A program made the position numbers and the translations under genes. Positions 37,810 through 46,344 of a stretch of 64,000 nt of DNA are shown in pieces; the first letter of the stretch is position 1, and each line of letters begins with the position of its first letter. The notes below the pieces were generated by a model. It worked only from the letters and a program-made list of their open reading frames with translations. It was not told where the DNA came from and ran no database searches. This stretch comes from Puniceicoccaceae bacterium (GTDB lineage Bacteria > Verrucomicrobiota > Verrucomicrobiia > Opitutales > Oceanipulchritudinaceae): positions 4,563 through 68,562 of the forward strand of contig JBFOMH010000007.1 of assembly GCA_040830765.1 (NCBI GenBank). The letters are read 5' to 3'.

Positions 37810-39978
37810 ATCCTCTTCAGCGGCCCGTTGCTCATCCTTTCCGGATTCCTCCTCCTTGAGCCGTTGAAGTTCCAGCGGGTGTTCGGATTGCATTTCCTCC
37901 TCAGACATCATGCCAGTCAGCCAGGACAGGTTCATTGGGTAGACGTCGGGATTGAAGATGACAAAGTAGAAGTGCCACACGATAATCGCCAGGGTCGCCA
38001 AAACCGCCTCGTAGAAGTGGATCGTCCGGCTGATATCAAAGCCCAGCTTGGTCAGCAGCCCGATGGTCGTGTTCTCGTACCAGAGCAGGAAACCGGTTAC
38101 CGACATCAGGATGCTTCCCCAGATCAGCGCCCAGTACTCCGTCTTCTCAATATAGCTGAAGCGGGCAAAGCGGGGCCGCTCCTTCGAGAGACCGAGATTG
38201 TAGCGCAGGATCATCTTCATGTCGGTGAGATCCTTCCACCTTGGAAGAATGTCATGGAACACCTGTCGCCCGCGCTCGGTGAAGGCAATATAGCCTATGT
38301 GCCACACCCCACTGAGGCACATCACGACTCCGGCAATCCGGTGGACCAAGCCTCTTAACTCGAAGAGATGACCATTGAGCTCACGCAATGCCTCCACCCA
38401 CCAGGCCTCCGGGTAGCGCAGCATGAAGCCGGTTATGCAGAGGATGATGAAACTCAGGGCAAGGGTGCCGTGTTGCAGCCGCTCATTGACAGTCAGGCGC
38501 AGATAGAGACGATGGGGTTGCCCGTCCGGGAGTTGTCGATGCGGCTTTCCCTGGTAAGTCGCCTTCAGGCGTACCTTTTGGAAGAAATCAAGACCATTGT
38601 GAAGGGTCATCCCACCAATGATCAGGCAGATGCCCCAGATGTAGATGGTGGCGATCCAGTAGAGCACCGGCTCCTCCGAATGGGTATCCAAACTGACGTG
38701 TACCTTCCCCCGGGCAAAGCGCTCATTGGCCCCCTCATGGCAATGGCCGCAGGTCTCGGCCAGGTTGTTGGGATGGACCCATGATTCCGGATCATCACAG
38801 GCCCGGACATCATGATAGGCGTGGCAACTGGCACAATTGACCGCCTCCACTGCACCCCCGCGGGTGGCCAGGCCGTGGAAACTGTCCTCGAAGGTCTCCA
38901 AGCGGTCCGCCTCCAGTCCGTAACGCTCGGCAAGGCGCACCGATCCATGGCACTCCCCGCAGACCTGCTCCGCCATGTTGGCCGGGGCAATCGGCGCTTT
39001 GGGATCCGTGTGGTGCATGATGTTGTGCTCCCCATGGCAATCCGTACAGACCGGGGCATCGAGGTAGCCTTTGGCCAGGACCGTGGCATGGATGGAGTGC
39101 AGATAGTCTTCCGCCGCCTTGGGGTGACATTGGGCACACTGGGATACCACCCGTCCCCGGCTCACAGCGGATTCCACATCGGAGGCCCGTCCAACCGAAT
39201 GACTGTCATGGCAATTGATGCAGGTTGGCGCGCTTTCATTTCCCTCAAACAGGGCCTTTCCGTGGACACTGCGTTCATAGGACGTGATGAACGGCGTCCC
39301 GTAGAGAGTCTGGCCGGAAACTTCCGGATTCTCGACATGACAGCTGACACAGAAATCCGCCAGCATTGCCTTGTGATGGGCAAGATCCAGTTTCTGGGCC
39401 TCCACCACCAGGTCGGATGTATGGCAGTCAAGGCAGGTCGGGGCAGTCTCTACTCCCTCTTCAAGCGCTCGGGCATGTGCGCAATGGAGGTACTTAATCG
39501 ATTGTTCCTCATGGCAAATCCCGCAGCGGCTGGTCTGCCGGGCATTGGCAAAGGGATAATCCGGATGGTCACTGCCAAGGATCTGATGAGAGCCATGGCA
39601 GCCGGTACATCTCAGGCGCTCCGTCAAAATGGTTTCCTCGTCCAGATCGTCGAAGCCCTCGTGAAACAAATGGTTCCCGGCGAGGTCATCGTGACAGTCC
39701 AAGCAGCCGACAACCGCCGGGACGATTGGATCCGCGTGCGGCAGGTCGTCCTCGTCTAACCCGGCGTGGCAGTCGCCGCAGTCGAATCCCTCATGGGGAG
39801 TTCCTTCGAAATGCGAATCCGTCACATACAAGGATACTTCCTGCCCTCCACGCTCCATGGTCATGGACCCATCGTCATGGCAGTCCAGGCAGCTCTCCGC
39901 ACCGGCCGGGATTCCCATCATCACCGTCATCAGGAAAGCCGTGCAGCTTGCCCTCAATTCCAAGAAGCGCTTTCTCAT
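37804..39978 (-). CDS. CbcL-like multiheme cytochrome c (13 CxxCH) fused to a diheme cytochrome b (FdnI-like) membrane domain
   Basis: 13 CxxCH motifs counted by eye. The C-terminal TM domain has ERLQHG, VHRIAG, KTEYWALIWG and TIHFYEAVLATLAIIVWHFY. Confidence 0.88.
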   Translation of the reverse strand: MRKRFLELRASCTAFLMTVMMGIPAGAESCLDCHDDGSMTMERGGQEVSLYVTDSHFEGTPHEGFDCGDCHAGLDEDDLPHADPIVPAVVGCLDCHDDLAGNHLFHEGFDDLDEETILTERLRCTGCHGSHQILGSDHPDYPFANARQTSRCGICHEEQSIKYLHCAHARALEEGVETAPTCLDCHTSDLVVEAQKLDLAHHKAMLADFCVSCHVENPEVSGQTLYGTPFITSYERSVHGKALFEGNESAPTCINCHDSHSVGRASDVESAVSRGRVVSQCAQCHPKAAEDYLHSIHATVLAKGYLDAPVCTDCHGEHNIMHHTDPKAPIAPANMAEQVCGECHGSVRLAERYGLEADRLETFEDSFHGLATRGGAVEAVNCASCHAYHDVRACDDPESWVHPNNLAETCGHCHEGANERFARGKVHVSLDTHSEEPVLYWIATIYIWGICLIIGGMTLHNGLDFFQKVRLKATYQGKPHRQLPDGQPHRLYLRLTVNERLQHGTLALSFIILCITGFMLRYPEAWWVEALRELNGHLFELRGLVHRIAGVVMCLSGVWHIGYIAFTERGRQVFHDILPRWKDLTDMKMILRYNLGLSKERPRFARFSYIEKTEYWALIWGSILMSVTGFLLWYENTTIGLLTKLGFDISRTIHFYEAVLATLAIIVWHFYFVIFNPDVYPMNLSWLTGMMSEEEMQSEHPLELQRLKEEESGKDEQRAAEEDS

Positions 39979-40050
39979 TTCCCTCCTCTTTTCCTATAAG
40001 CAGCTCTAAATCTGTTTCAGCATAAAAAAAGCAAATGTTATAGACAATCA

Positions 40051-40060
40051 TATAATTATA
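40051..40060. promoter_or_regulatory. Palindromic TATAATTATA giving overlapping perfect -10 boxes on both strands between the divergent cytochrome genes
   Basis: TATAAT on + at 40051-40056 and on - at 40060-40055, in an AT-rich 153-bp intergenic region. No good -35 was found. Confidence 0.45.
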
Positions 40061-40131
40061 CCCAATACTCGATTTCTCGAAGGCCGGAAAAACCAGCTCA
40101 ATTCAACCCGGTCGTTCAGCAACAAAACCCC

Positions 40132-42237
40132 ATGAAAACCGTAAGCCGCCTACTGACGTTGGCCCTGGTTCTTGCCCAGCCCAGCTTCGCTGACGAATCG
40201 CTCTCCAATGAGAGCTGCCTCGATTGCCACAATGATCCCGGCTGGACCGAGATGCGCAAGGGCAAGGAGGTCTCCATGCATGTCGATCCGGAGGTCTTTG
40301 CCAACTCCCTGCACGGGGACTTTGACTGCATCGACTGCCACGTCGATATCGAGGAAGTTCCGCATGCGGACAAACTGGAATATGCTTCCTGTGCAGATTG
40401 TCATGATGATGTGCAGGATGAGTACGAGCACAGCATCCACGGGGCCATGAAGGTCATGGGCAACGGCGATGCTGCCAGCTGTGGGGACTGCCACGGCTAC
40501 CATGATATCCAGCCCGTCGATTCAATCGACTCCCCTGTCTTCAAGATGAACTTGGCCCGGATGTGTGCCAAGTGCCATGACAACCCGGGTATCACCGAGG
40601 AATACCGCATGCGGGTACCGGAAGCTGGTAGTCACTATGCGGAAAGTATCCATGGCAAGGCCCTCATGCAGTACGGGCTCATCGTTGCTCCCTCCTGCAA
40701 CGATTGCCATGGGGTCCACAACATCCGGAGGGCTGTGGATGAGAATTCCATGGTCCACCACACAAACATTGATGAAACCTGTGGGCAATGTCACGTCGGC
40801 GTGGCTGAGGAATACGCCAAGAGCGTCCATGGCCAGCACCTCGATGATGAGGGGAAGATGGTTGCGGTCTGTAACGACTGCCACACGGCCCACGATATTG
40901 AAATTCCCGGCTCGGCCCATTTCAAGGCCACCAGTGATGAAAAATGCGGAGCCTGCCATGCTGACCGGTTGCACAATTACCACGAGACCTACCACGGCAA
41001 GGCCATGGTCCTCGGCGAGGCCAACAAGGCCCCGGAAGTCGCAGCCTGCTATGACTGCCACGGCCACCACAATATCCTTCCAGAAGAGAATCCAGAATCC
41101 TGGTTGTCGGAAGAGAACATCCTTGCGACCTGTGCCAAGTGCCATGAAGGGGCCAATGCCAACTTTTCCGGCTATGTCCCGCATGCCGACCATACCGACA
41201 AGGAAAACTATCCCTGGCTCTACTATTCTTTCGTCTTCATGACGACTCTCCTCATCAGCGTCTTCATCTTCTTCGGGATCCATACCTTCTTCTGGCTTTT
41301 TCGTTCGGCCTACCTCTTCTTCCATGATTCGAAAACCTTCCATGAGGCCCGCTTCAAGGTGAAAGATGACGGTGAATGGTACACCCGCTTTGTCCCCTTC
41401 GAGCGCTTCCTCCACTTCCTCGTCGTGACCAGCTTCCTGCTCCTGGTCGTTACTGGAATGCCGCTTAAGTTCTACTACACGGACTGGGCCCAGGCCCTGT
41501 TCACCATGATGGGTGGTGTTGATGTGGCCCGCTCTCTGCACCACTTCGGGGCTATCATCACATTCCTCTACTTCGGGCTGCACCTCGGGGACCGGTTGAT
41601 TGCCATCATCCGCAACTGGAAGGTCATCCTGGATCCCGAATCCAAACGCCCCAGCTGGAAGCGCATGATGAACATCGCCTTTGGACCGGACTCGATGATG
41701 CCCAGCAAGCAGGACTGGCAGGACTTCATCGCCCACCAGAAGTGGTTCTTTGGCAAGGGCGAAAAGCCGCAGTTCGACCGCTGGACTTACTGGGAAAAGT
41801 TTGACTACCTGGCCGTCTTCTGGGGGGTCGCGATCATTGGCCTATCCGGCATGATCATGTGGTTCCCAATTTTCTTCTCCACTTTCCTCCCCGGCTGGGC
41901 CATTAATGTCGCCCTGATTGTCCACTCCGACGAGGCCCTCCTGGCAGCCGGCTTCATCTTTACCTTCCACTTCTTCAACACCCACTTCCGACTGGAAAAA
42001 CTGCCCATGGACACGGTCATCTTCTCCGGGCGCATCTCCAAGGCGGAAATGCTCCACGAGCGCAAGCGCTGGTACGACCGATTGGTCGCCGAGGGTCGAC
42101 TCGAGGAACACCGCGTCCGCGACGAATGGGAACGTTGGAAGCGCATCGCCAAGGCCTTCGGATACGGCTTCTTCGGACTCGGGATCATCCTCCTCCTGAT
42201 GATTATTTACGCCATGGCCGTGCGGTTGCTGCATTAA
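40132..42237 (+). CDS. CbcL-like multiheme cytochrome c (11 CxxCH) fused to a diheme cytochrome b membrane domain
   Basis: 11 CxxCH motifs counted by eye; signal peptide; C-terminal ERFLHF, SLHHFG, EKFDYLAVFWG and IVHSDEALLAAGFIFTFHFF. Confidence 0.88.
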   Translation: MKTVSRLLTLALVLAQPSFADESLSNESCLDCHNDPGWTEMRKGKEVSMHVDPEVFANSLHGDFDCIDCHVDIEEVPHADKLEYASCADCHDDVQDEYEHSIHGAMKVMGNGDAASCGDCHGYHDIQPVDSIDSPVFKMNLARMCAKCHDNPGITEEYRMRVPEAGSHYAESIHGKALMQYGLIVAPSCNDCHGVHNIRRAVDENSMVHHTNIDETCGQCHVGVAEEYAKSVHGQHLDDEGKMVAVCNDCHTAHDIEIPGSAHFKATSDEKCGACHADRLHNYHETYHGKAMVLGEANKAPEVAACYDCHGHHNILPEENPESWLSEENILATCAKCHEGANANFSGYVPHADHTDKENYPWLYYSFVFMTTLLISVFIFFGIHTFFWLFRSAYLFFHDSKTFHEARFKVKDDGEWYTRFVPFERFLHFLVVTSFLLLVVTGMPLKFYYTDWAQALFTMMGGVDVARSLHHFGAIITFLYFGLHLGDRLIAIIRNWKVILDPESKRPSWKRMMNIAFGPDSMMPSKQDWQDFIAHQKWFFGKGEKPQFDRWTYWEKFDYLAVFWGVAIIGLSGMIMWFPIFFSTFLPGWAINVALIVHSDEALLAAGFIFTFHFFNTHFRLEKLPMDTVIFSGRISKAEMLHERKRWYDRLVAEGRLEEHRVRDEWERWKRIAKAFGYGFFGLGIILLLMIIYAMAVRLLH

Positions 42238-42572
42238 TTCCCCGCGTAAATCATTCGTTCCCCGCGTAAATCATTCGTTCCCCGCGTTGAAACGCGGGTC
42301 TGATCTCCCGCCATCCCGACGGGATGGCATTACCAATAGGCCCTGGTTTTAACCAGGGCTAGGTGTGGCATTGAATCATTCGTTCCCCGCGTTGAAACGC
42401 GGGTCTGACCTCCGCCATCCCGACGGGATGGCAATATCAATAAGCCCTGGTTTTAACCGGGGCTGGGACGGGCCGCGATACACCATTCGTTCCCCGCGTT
42501 GAAACGCGGGTCTGATCTCCCGCCATCCCGACGGGATGGCATTACCAATAGGCCCTGGTTTTAACCAGGGCT
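42238..42572. repeat. Cluster of three REP/REPIN-like triple-hairpin units preceded by a 20-bp tandem duplication
   Basis: Hairpin A CCCGCGTTGAAACGCGGG at 42281, 42386 and 42493. Each is followed by B GCCATCCCGACGGGATGGC and C GCCCTGGTTTTAACC(A/G)GGGC. TTCCCCGCGTAAATCATTCG occurs twice at 42238-42277. Confidence 0.92.
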
Positions 42573-42606
42573 TGCCATCGAATCCTCCCGAGACTAACTC
42601 GGATGC

Positions 42607-44526
42607 ATGAATCACTTATCCTTCATGTCTGCCAACTTTGTCGCCCGGGAGCTGGGGTACAACATGCCGGAGGGCTGGTTGCAAGGAGATGCCGCTACCC
42701 AGGCCCACTTCTCGCCCCTGAATACATTTGAGGAGCGCTTTGATGCCCTGCTGGGCGAGATTGTCGACCTTGGATTCGAGGCGATCGATCTCTGGACGGG
42801 CCACCTCAACTGGAAGTGGGCCACGCCAGCTCATTTGGATACCGCCAAAGGACTATTGGACAAGCATGGCCTGCGGGTGGTCAGCTACGCCGGTGGATTC
42901 GGTGAAACGCCTGCTGAGTTTGAGGCGGCCTGCCTTATTTGCCGCAAACTGGGAATCCCCATCCTGGGAGGGGGCACAAGCCTTCTGGAAAGTGACCGCG
43001 ATGCGGCGGTGGCCATCCTCCGCAAACACGGGGTGATCTTTGCTCTAGAGAACCATCCGGAGGCCAATGCGGAGGAAGTGCTGGCCAAGCTGGGTGATGG
43101 CGACGAGGACGTCATCGGGGTCGCTGTCGACACGGGCTGGTTCGCCACCCAGGAAGCCGATGTATTCAAGGAGTTGCAGGCTTTGGGGAACCGTATCCGG
43201 CATGTCCACCTGAAGGACGTGCTCGCCAAGCGAACTGAGAAGACCGGTTATTTTTTCAAGGATATGGGACATGAGACCTGCGAGCTGGGCAAGGGTATTG
43301 TCCCCGTCAAGGAGTGTATCCAATATCTGGTGACACAAGGTTACCGGGGAGCTATTGCCATCGAGCACGAACCGGAAGATTTCGATCCCCGGGATGACTG
43401 CCGGAAGTCACTGGAAAGCGTCAAGGGCTGGTTCGTGGAGGCCACCACCGCCATTACACCGAAGGATCCAGTGGGCGTGGCCATTGTCGGCTGTGGCAAC
43501 ATTGCCGACCGCTATGCGGCCCAGATCAACTCCTACCCGCACGTCAAGCTGCTGGGAACCCAGGACATCGATCGCTCCCGGGCGGAAAAGCTGGCTACCG
43601 ATTTTAGTGGGAAGGTCTATGATTCGATTGAGGAGCTGCTCGCCGACGATGCAGTGGAGGTCGTCGTCAACCTGACCATCCACCATGTCCATGAAGCGAT
43701 TATCCGCCAGTGCCTTGAGGCGGGAAAGCATGTCCACACGGAAAAGCCCCTCGCCCTTAACAGCGAGGCGGCATGGGGCCTGGTTGAGCTGGCGGACCAG
43801 CTCGGCCTGCGGCTTAGCAGTGCCCCTACCACCTGGCTTGGGGAGGCCCAGCAGGCGGTCTGGCGGAAGATAAAGGAAGGCGCAATCGGCCAGCCCCGTA
43901 TTGCCTATGCAGAGGTCAACTGGGGTCGTATTGAGTCGTGGCATCCCAACCCAGGACCGTTCTATGCTGTCGGTCCGGTATTTGATGTCGCAGTGTATCC
44001 CCTTACCCTGCTGACGGCGTTTTTCGGCCCGGTCAAGCGGGTCATTGCCGGCGGGGGGGTCCTCTATCCGGACCGCCTTACCAAGGAGGGCAAGCCGTTT
44101 ACCGTCGAGTCACCAGACTGGACAGCTGCTGTGGTCGAGTTTGCCTCTGGCATGACGGCCCGGGTCACTGCCAGCTTTTACGTCACCGGGACCACAACCC
44201 AGTCCGGAATGGAGATTCACGGGGACAACGGGATGGTCCGCATGGACCGCTGGGATGTCTTTGAATCACCAGCTTACGTGGCCAGCAAGGAGACCGGCGA
44301 CCAGACCTGGAAACTTGTGCCCGACAGTTATCCCGCTCCGGGAATTGAGTTTGCCCGCGGGCTTTCCGATCTCGCCCACGCCATCCGGGAAAATCGGCCC
44401 CACCTGACAACAGGGGCGCATGCCGCCCATGTTGTAGAAATTGCCGAGGCAATCCTCACCAGTATCCGGGAGTCACGCCCGGTCGAAGTCGACGCTACTC
44501 GTTTTCGGCCAGCTGAACTTGCTTGA
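42607..44526 (+). CDS. Fusion of a sugar-phosphate isomerase/epimerase-like TIM barrel (AP_endonuc_2 type) and a Gfo/Idh/MocA oxidoreductase
   Basis: N-half: ALENHP, VAVDTGW, HVHLKD and IAIEHEP metal ligands. C-half from ~43471: VGVAIVGCGNIA, HVHTEKP and GPVFDVAVYP. Confidence 0.88.
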   Translation: MNHLSFMSANFVARELGYNMPEGWLQGDAATQAHFSPLNTFEERFDALLGEIVDLGFEAIDLWTGHLNWKWATPAHLDTAKGLLDKHGLRVVSYAGGFGETPAEFEAACLICRKLGIPILGGGTSLLESDRDAAVAILRKHGVIFALENHPEANAEEVLAKLGDGDEDVIGVAVDTGWFATQEADVFKELQALGNRIRHVHLKDVLAKRTEKTGYFFKDMGHETCELGKGIVPVKECIQYLVTQGYRGAIAIEHEPEDFDPRDDCRKSLESVKGWFVEATTAITPKDPVGVAIVGCGNIADRYAAQINSYPHVKLLGTQDIDRSRAEKLATDFSGKVYDSIEELLADDAVEVVVNLTIHHVHEAIIRQCLEAGKHVHTEKPLALNSEAAWGLVELADQLGLRLSSAPTTWLGEAQQAVWRKIKEGAIGQPRIAYAEVNWGRIESWHPNPGPFYAVGPVFDVAVYPLTLLTAFFGPVKRVIAGGGVLYPDRLTKEGKPFTVESPDWTAAVVEFASGMTARVTASFYVTGTTTQSGMEIHGDNGMVRMDRWDVFESPAYVASKETGDQTWKLVPDSYPAPGIEFARGLSDLAHAIRENRPHLTTGAHAAHVVEIAEAILTSIRESRPVEVDATRFRPAELA

Positions 44527-45481
44527 ACGGTCGCGAGGTTGCCTTGTCCGCTGTCGGAAAATCGTCCGGAATGGGCTGGGTCACTTTGCCAGTGGCCACC
44601 CATTCCACCCCGCGCAGGAGGGTTGTCTGGAAGCCCACTCCCTCAAAGGAATAGTCCTCGTGGCCGAGGGTCGTATGGAAGATTCGGCCCTCGCCATACT
44701 CGAGGACCATCAGCATCGGCTCATGGCGGCCGGTTCCCTTCAGCTCAGGTGAAGAATAAGCGGAGGCAATGATGGTCATGTTCTCCGCCGGCCCACGCAG
44801 GCGGTCGTAGCACTCGTCCTGGGTATGCAGCCACTGCTTGGGCATGCCTTCCGTAATCGGATGCGGCTCCCGCAACATAATGAGGATTTCATGCTGTGGC
44901 CCGTGGCTGCCGCCACGGCCGGGAGAAACGTCCCGGACCAATTCCCCGGCCTCGTTGTAATAGACATAGGGTCCGTCCTCCTCGTTGCGCCCACCCCAGC
45001 CACCAAGGCCGATCATGCGGTTGAATTCCTTCCAATCCGGCCAGGAGTTGTTGGCCGCATGGACGACAACAAATCCACCCCCGCCGGATACAAAAGCCTC
45101 CAATGCGGCCTGTGTTTCCTCCGGCCAGGGAGCAGCCTTCCAGCCAAAGTTGGAGATCACCACATCATAGTCATCGAAAGCCGGGAGATAGTGCGGATCC
45201 GTCTTGGGCTCGGGCATTGGGAAATACTCCAGGCCATCGCCCAGCGGGTACTGCTCCGACCACTTCTCACCCCGCCAGGTGAAACGGGTCCGCTGTATCT
45301 CCACAGTGAACTTCCCCGTCTCTTCCAAGTACTGCTTCATCATCATCGTCGACTTCGGCCACACCGTGTGGTTGTTCTGCCCGTCGACAATGAGGACGCG
45401 GATGGGACCTGTCTCTGCATCACAAGCACTGAGTAGCATCGTCAGGGGAAGGAAAATAAGAAACATGCTGAGTCGCGTCAT
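44495..45481 (-). CDS. ThuA-like (class I glutamine-amidotransferase-like) lipoprotein
   Basis: Lipobox LSAC; RVLIVDGQNNH, GGGFVVVHAANN, DECY, GRIFHTTLGH and RGVEWVATG. Confidence 0.85.
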   Translation of the reverse strand: MTRLSMFLIFLPLTMLLSACDAETGPIRVLIVDGQNNHTVWPKSTMMMKQYLEETGKFTVEIQRTRFTWRGEKWSEQYPLGDGLEYFPMPEPKTDPHYLPAFDDYDVVISNFGWKAAPWPEETQAALEAFVSGGGGFVVVHAANNSWPDWKEFNRMIGLGGWGGRNEEDGPYVYYNEAGELVRDVSPGRGGSHGPQHEILIMLREPHPITEGMPKQWLHTQDECYDRLRGPAENMTIIASAYSSPELKGTGRHEPMLMVLEYGEGRIFHTTLGHEDYSFEGVGFQTTLLRGVEWVATGKVTQPIPDDFPTADKATSRPFKQVQLAENE

Positions 45482-45590
45482 GAAGTCTGACTTTAGACAC
45501 CCGTCAGAATGAATCAATATCGGACTTGGAATTGTAACGGGTCCATTTATTAACTTGCTCTTATACCGTTATGCTGTAATTTTATGCGTT

Positions 45591-45833
45591 ATGAAAAAGG
45601 TCTCGATAATGGAGGCTCAGCATAACCTCTCCAAGGTCCTGCAAAAGGTGGAGGAAGGTCAGGCCGTGTATGTCACCCGCCGCAAGAAAGTGGTGGCGAA
45701 AATTGTCCCCCCCACCAGCGAAGAGCCAGTGAAATTTCCGGACTTCGCAGGGCGCGCGCGTCGCACATGGGGTGGAAAGTGGTCCGGTACTGCCTCCTCC
45801 GATCTCCTTGATGAATCCCGGGGCAACCGATGA
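45591..45833 (+). CDS. Type II antitoxin, Phd/YefM family
   Basis: MKKVSIMEAQHNLSKVLQKVEEGQAVYVTRRKKVVAKIVP; overlaps the toxin start (ATGA). Confidence 0.88.
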   Translation: MKKVSIMEAQHNLSKVLQKVEEGQAVYVTRRKKVVAKIVPPTSEEPVKFPDFAGRARRTWGGKWSGTASSDLLDESRGNR

Positions 45834-46270
45834 AGGCCTATTACGACACAGGTGTCATCCTGAAGCTATACACCACCGAGTCGGAATCCGCTGCCGTCAG
45901 GCGGTTCGTCAAGGCAAGGAAGGAGCCCCTTTACCTGAATTCCCTCCACCGGACAGAGTGCGTCTCAGCCTTTCGGCTCAAGGCCTTTCGCGGGGAATGC
46001 GGCGAGGAGGCTTCCACAAATGCGATTGCTGACCTGGAGGATGATATTGCCAGTGGCATGATCCAGCTTGTCGGTATAGACTGGGACGCTGCCTGGAGCC
46101 TCAGTCGCGCAATGGCGGATGCCCATGCTGCAACAACCGGATGCCGGACCCTCGATACCCTGCACGTGGCCTGTGCCCGCTCGCTTGGCATTCGCGAGCT
46201 GATAAGCTCCGACAAAAGACAGAGGAAGCTGGCAAGGGCCATTGGCATGCGGGTCACCGAACCGCGCTAG
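45830..46270 (+). CDS. vapC: PIN-domain toxin, VapC family
   Basis: AYYDTGVILKLY...E, RTLDTLHVACA and SSDKRQ PIN motifs. Confidence 0.9.
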   Translation: MKAYYDTGVILKLYTTESESAAVRRFVKARKEPLYLNSLHRTECVSAFRLKAFRGECGEEASTNAIADLEDDIASGMIQLVGIDWDAAWSLSRAMADAHAATTGCRTLDTLHVACARSLGIRELISSDKRQRKLARAIGMRVTEPR

Positions 46271-46294
46271 GAGAACTTTACCATCACAGCGCAG

Positions 46295-46317
46295 ACCCGG
46301 GTTGAAATTTTCCGGGT
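46295..46317. repeat. Degenerate solo REP-like hairpin (C-type) between convergent vapC and rhaB
   Basis: ACCCGGGTTGAAA...CCGGGT matches the reverse complement of the C hairpin at 60-61 kb, with a short insertion. Confidence 0.5.
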
Positions 46318-46344
46318 AAAGGAGCGGTCCGCTCGGGAGGAAAA

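Noticed and set aside
42238-42572. Repeat-spacer appearance suggesting a CRISPR array (also 60531-60815)
   Set aside because: The repeats are ~85-bp multi-hairpin units with 15-20 nt linkers and only three copies, and there are no cas genes. The same units flank a Y1 transposase. The shared GTTGAAAC resembles CRISPR repeat ends but is a hairpin loop here.
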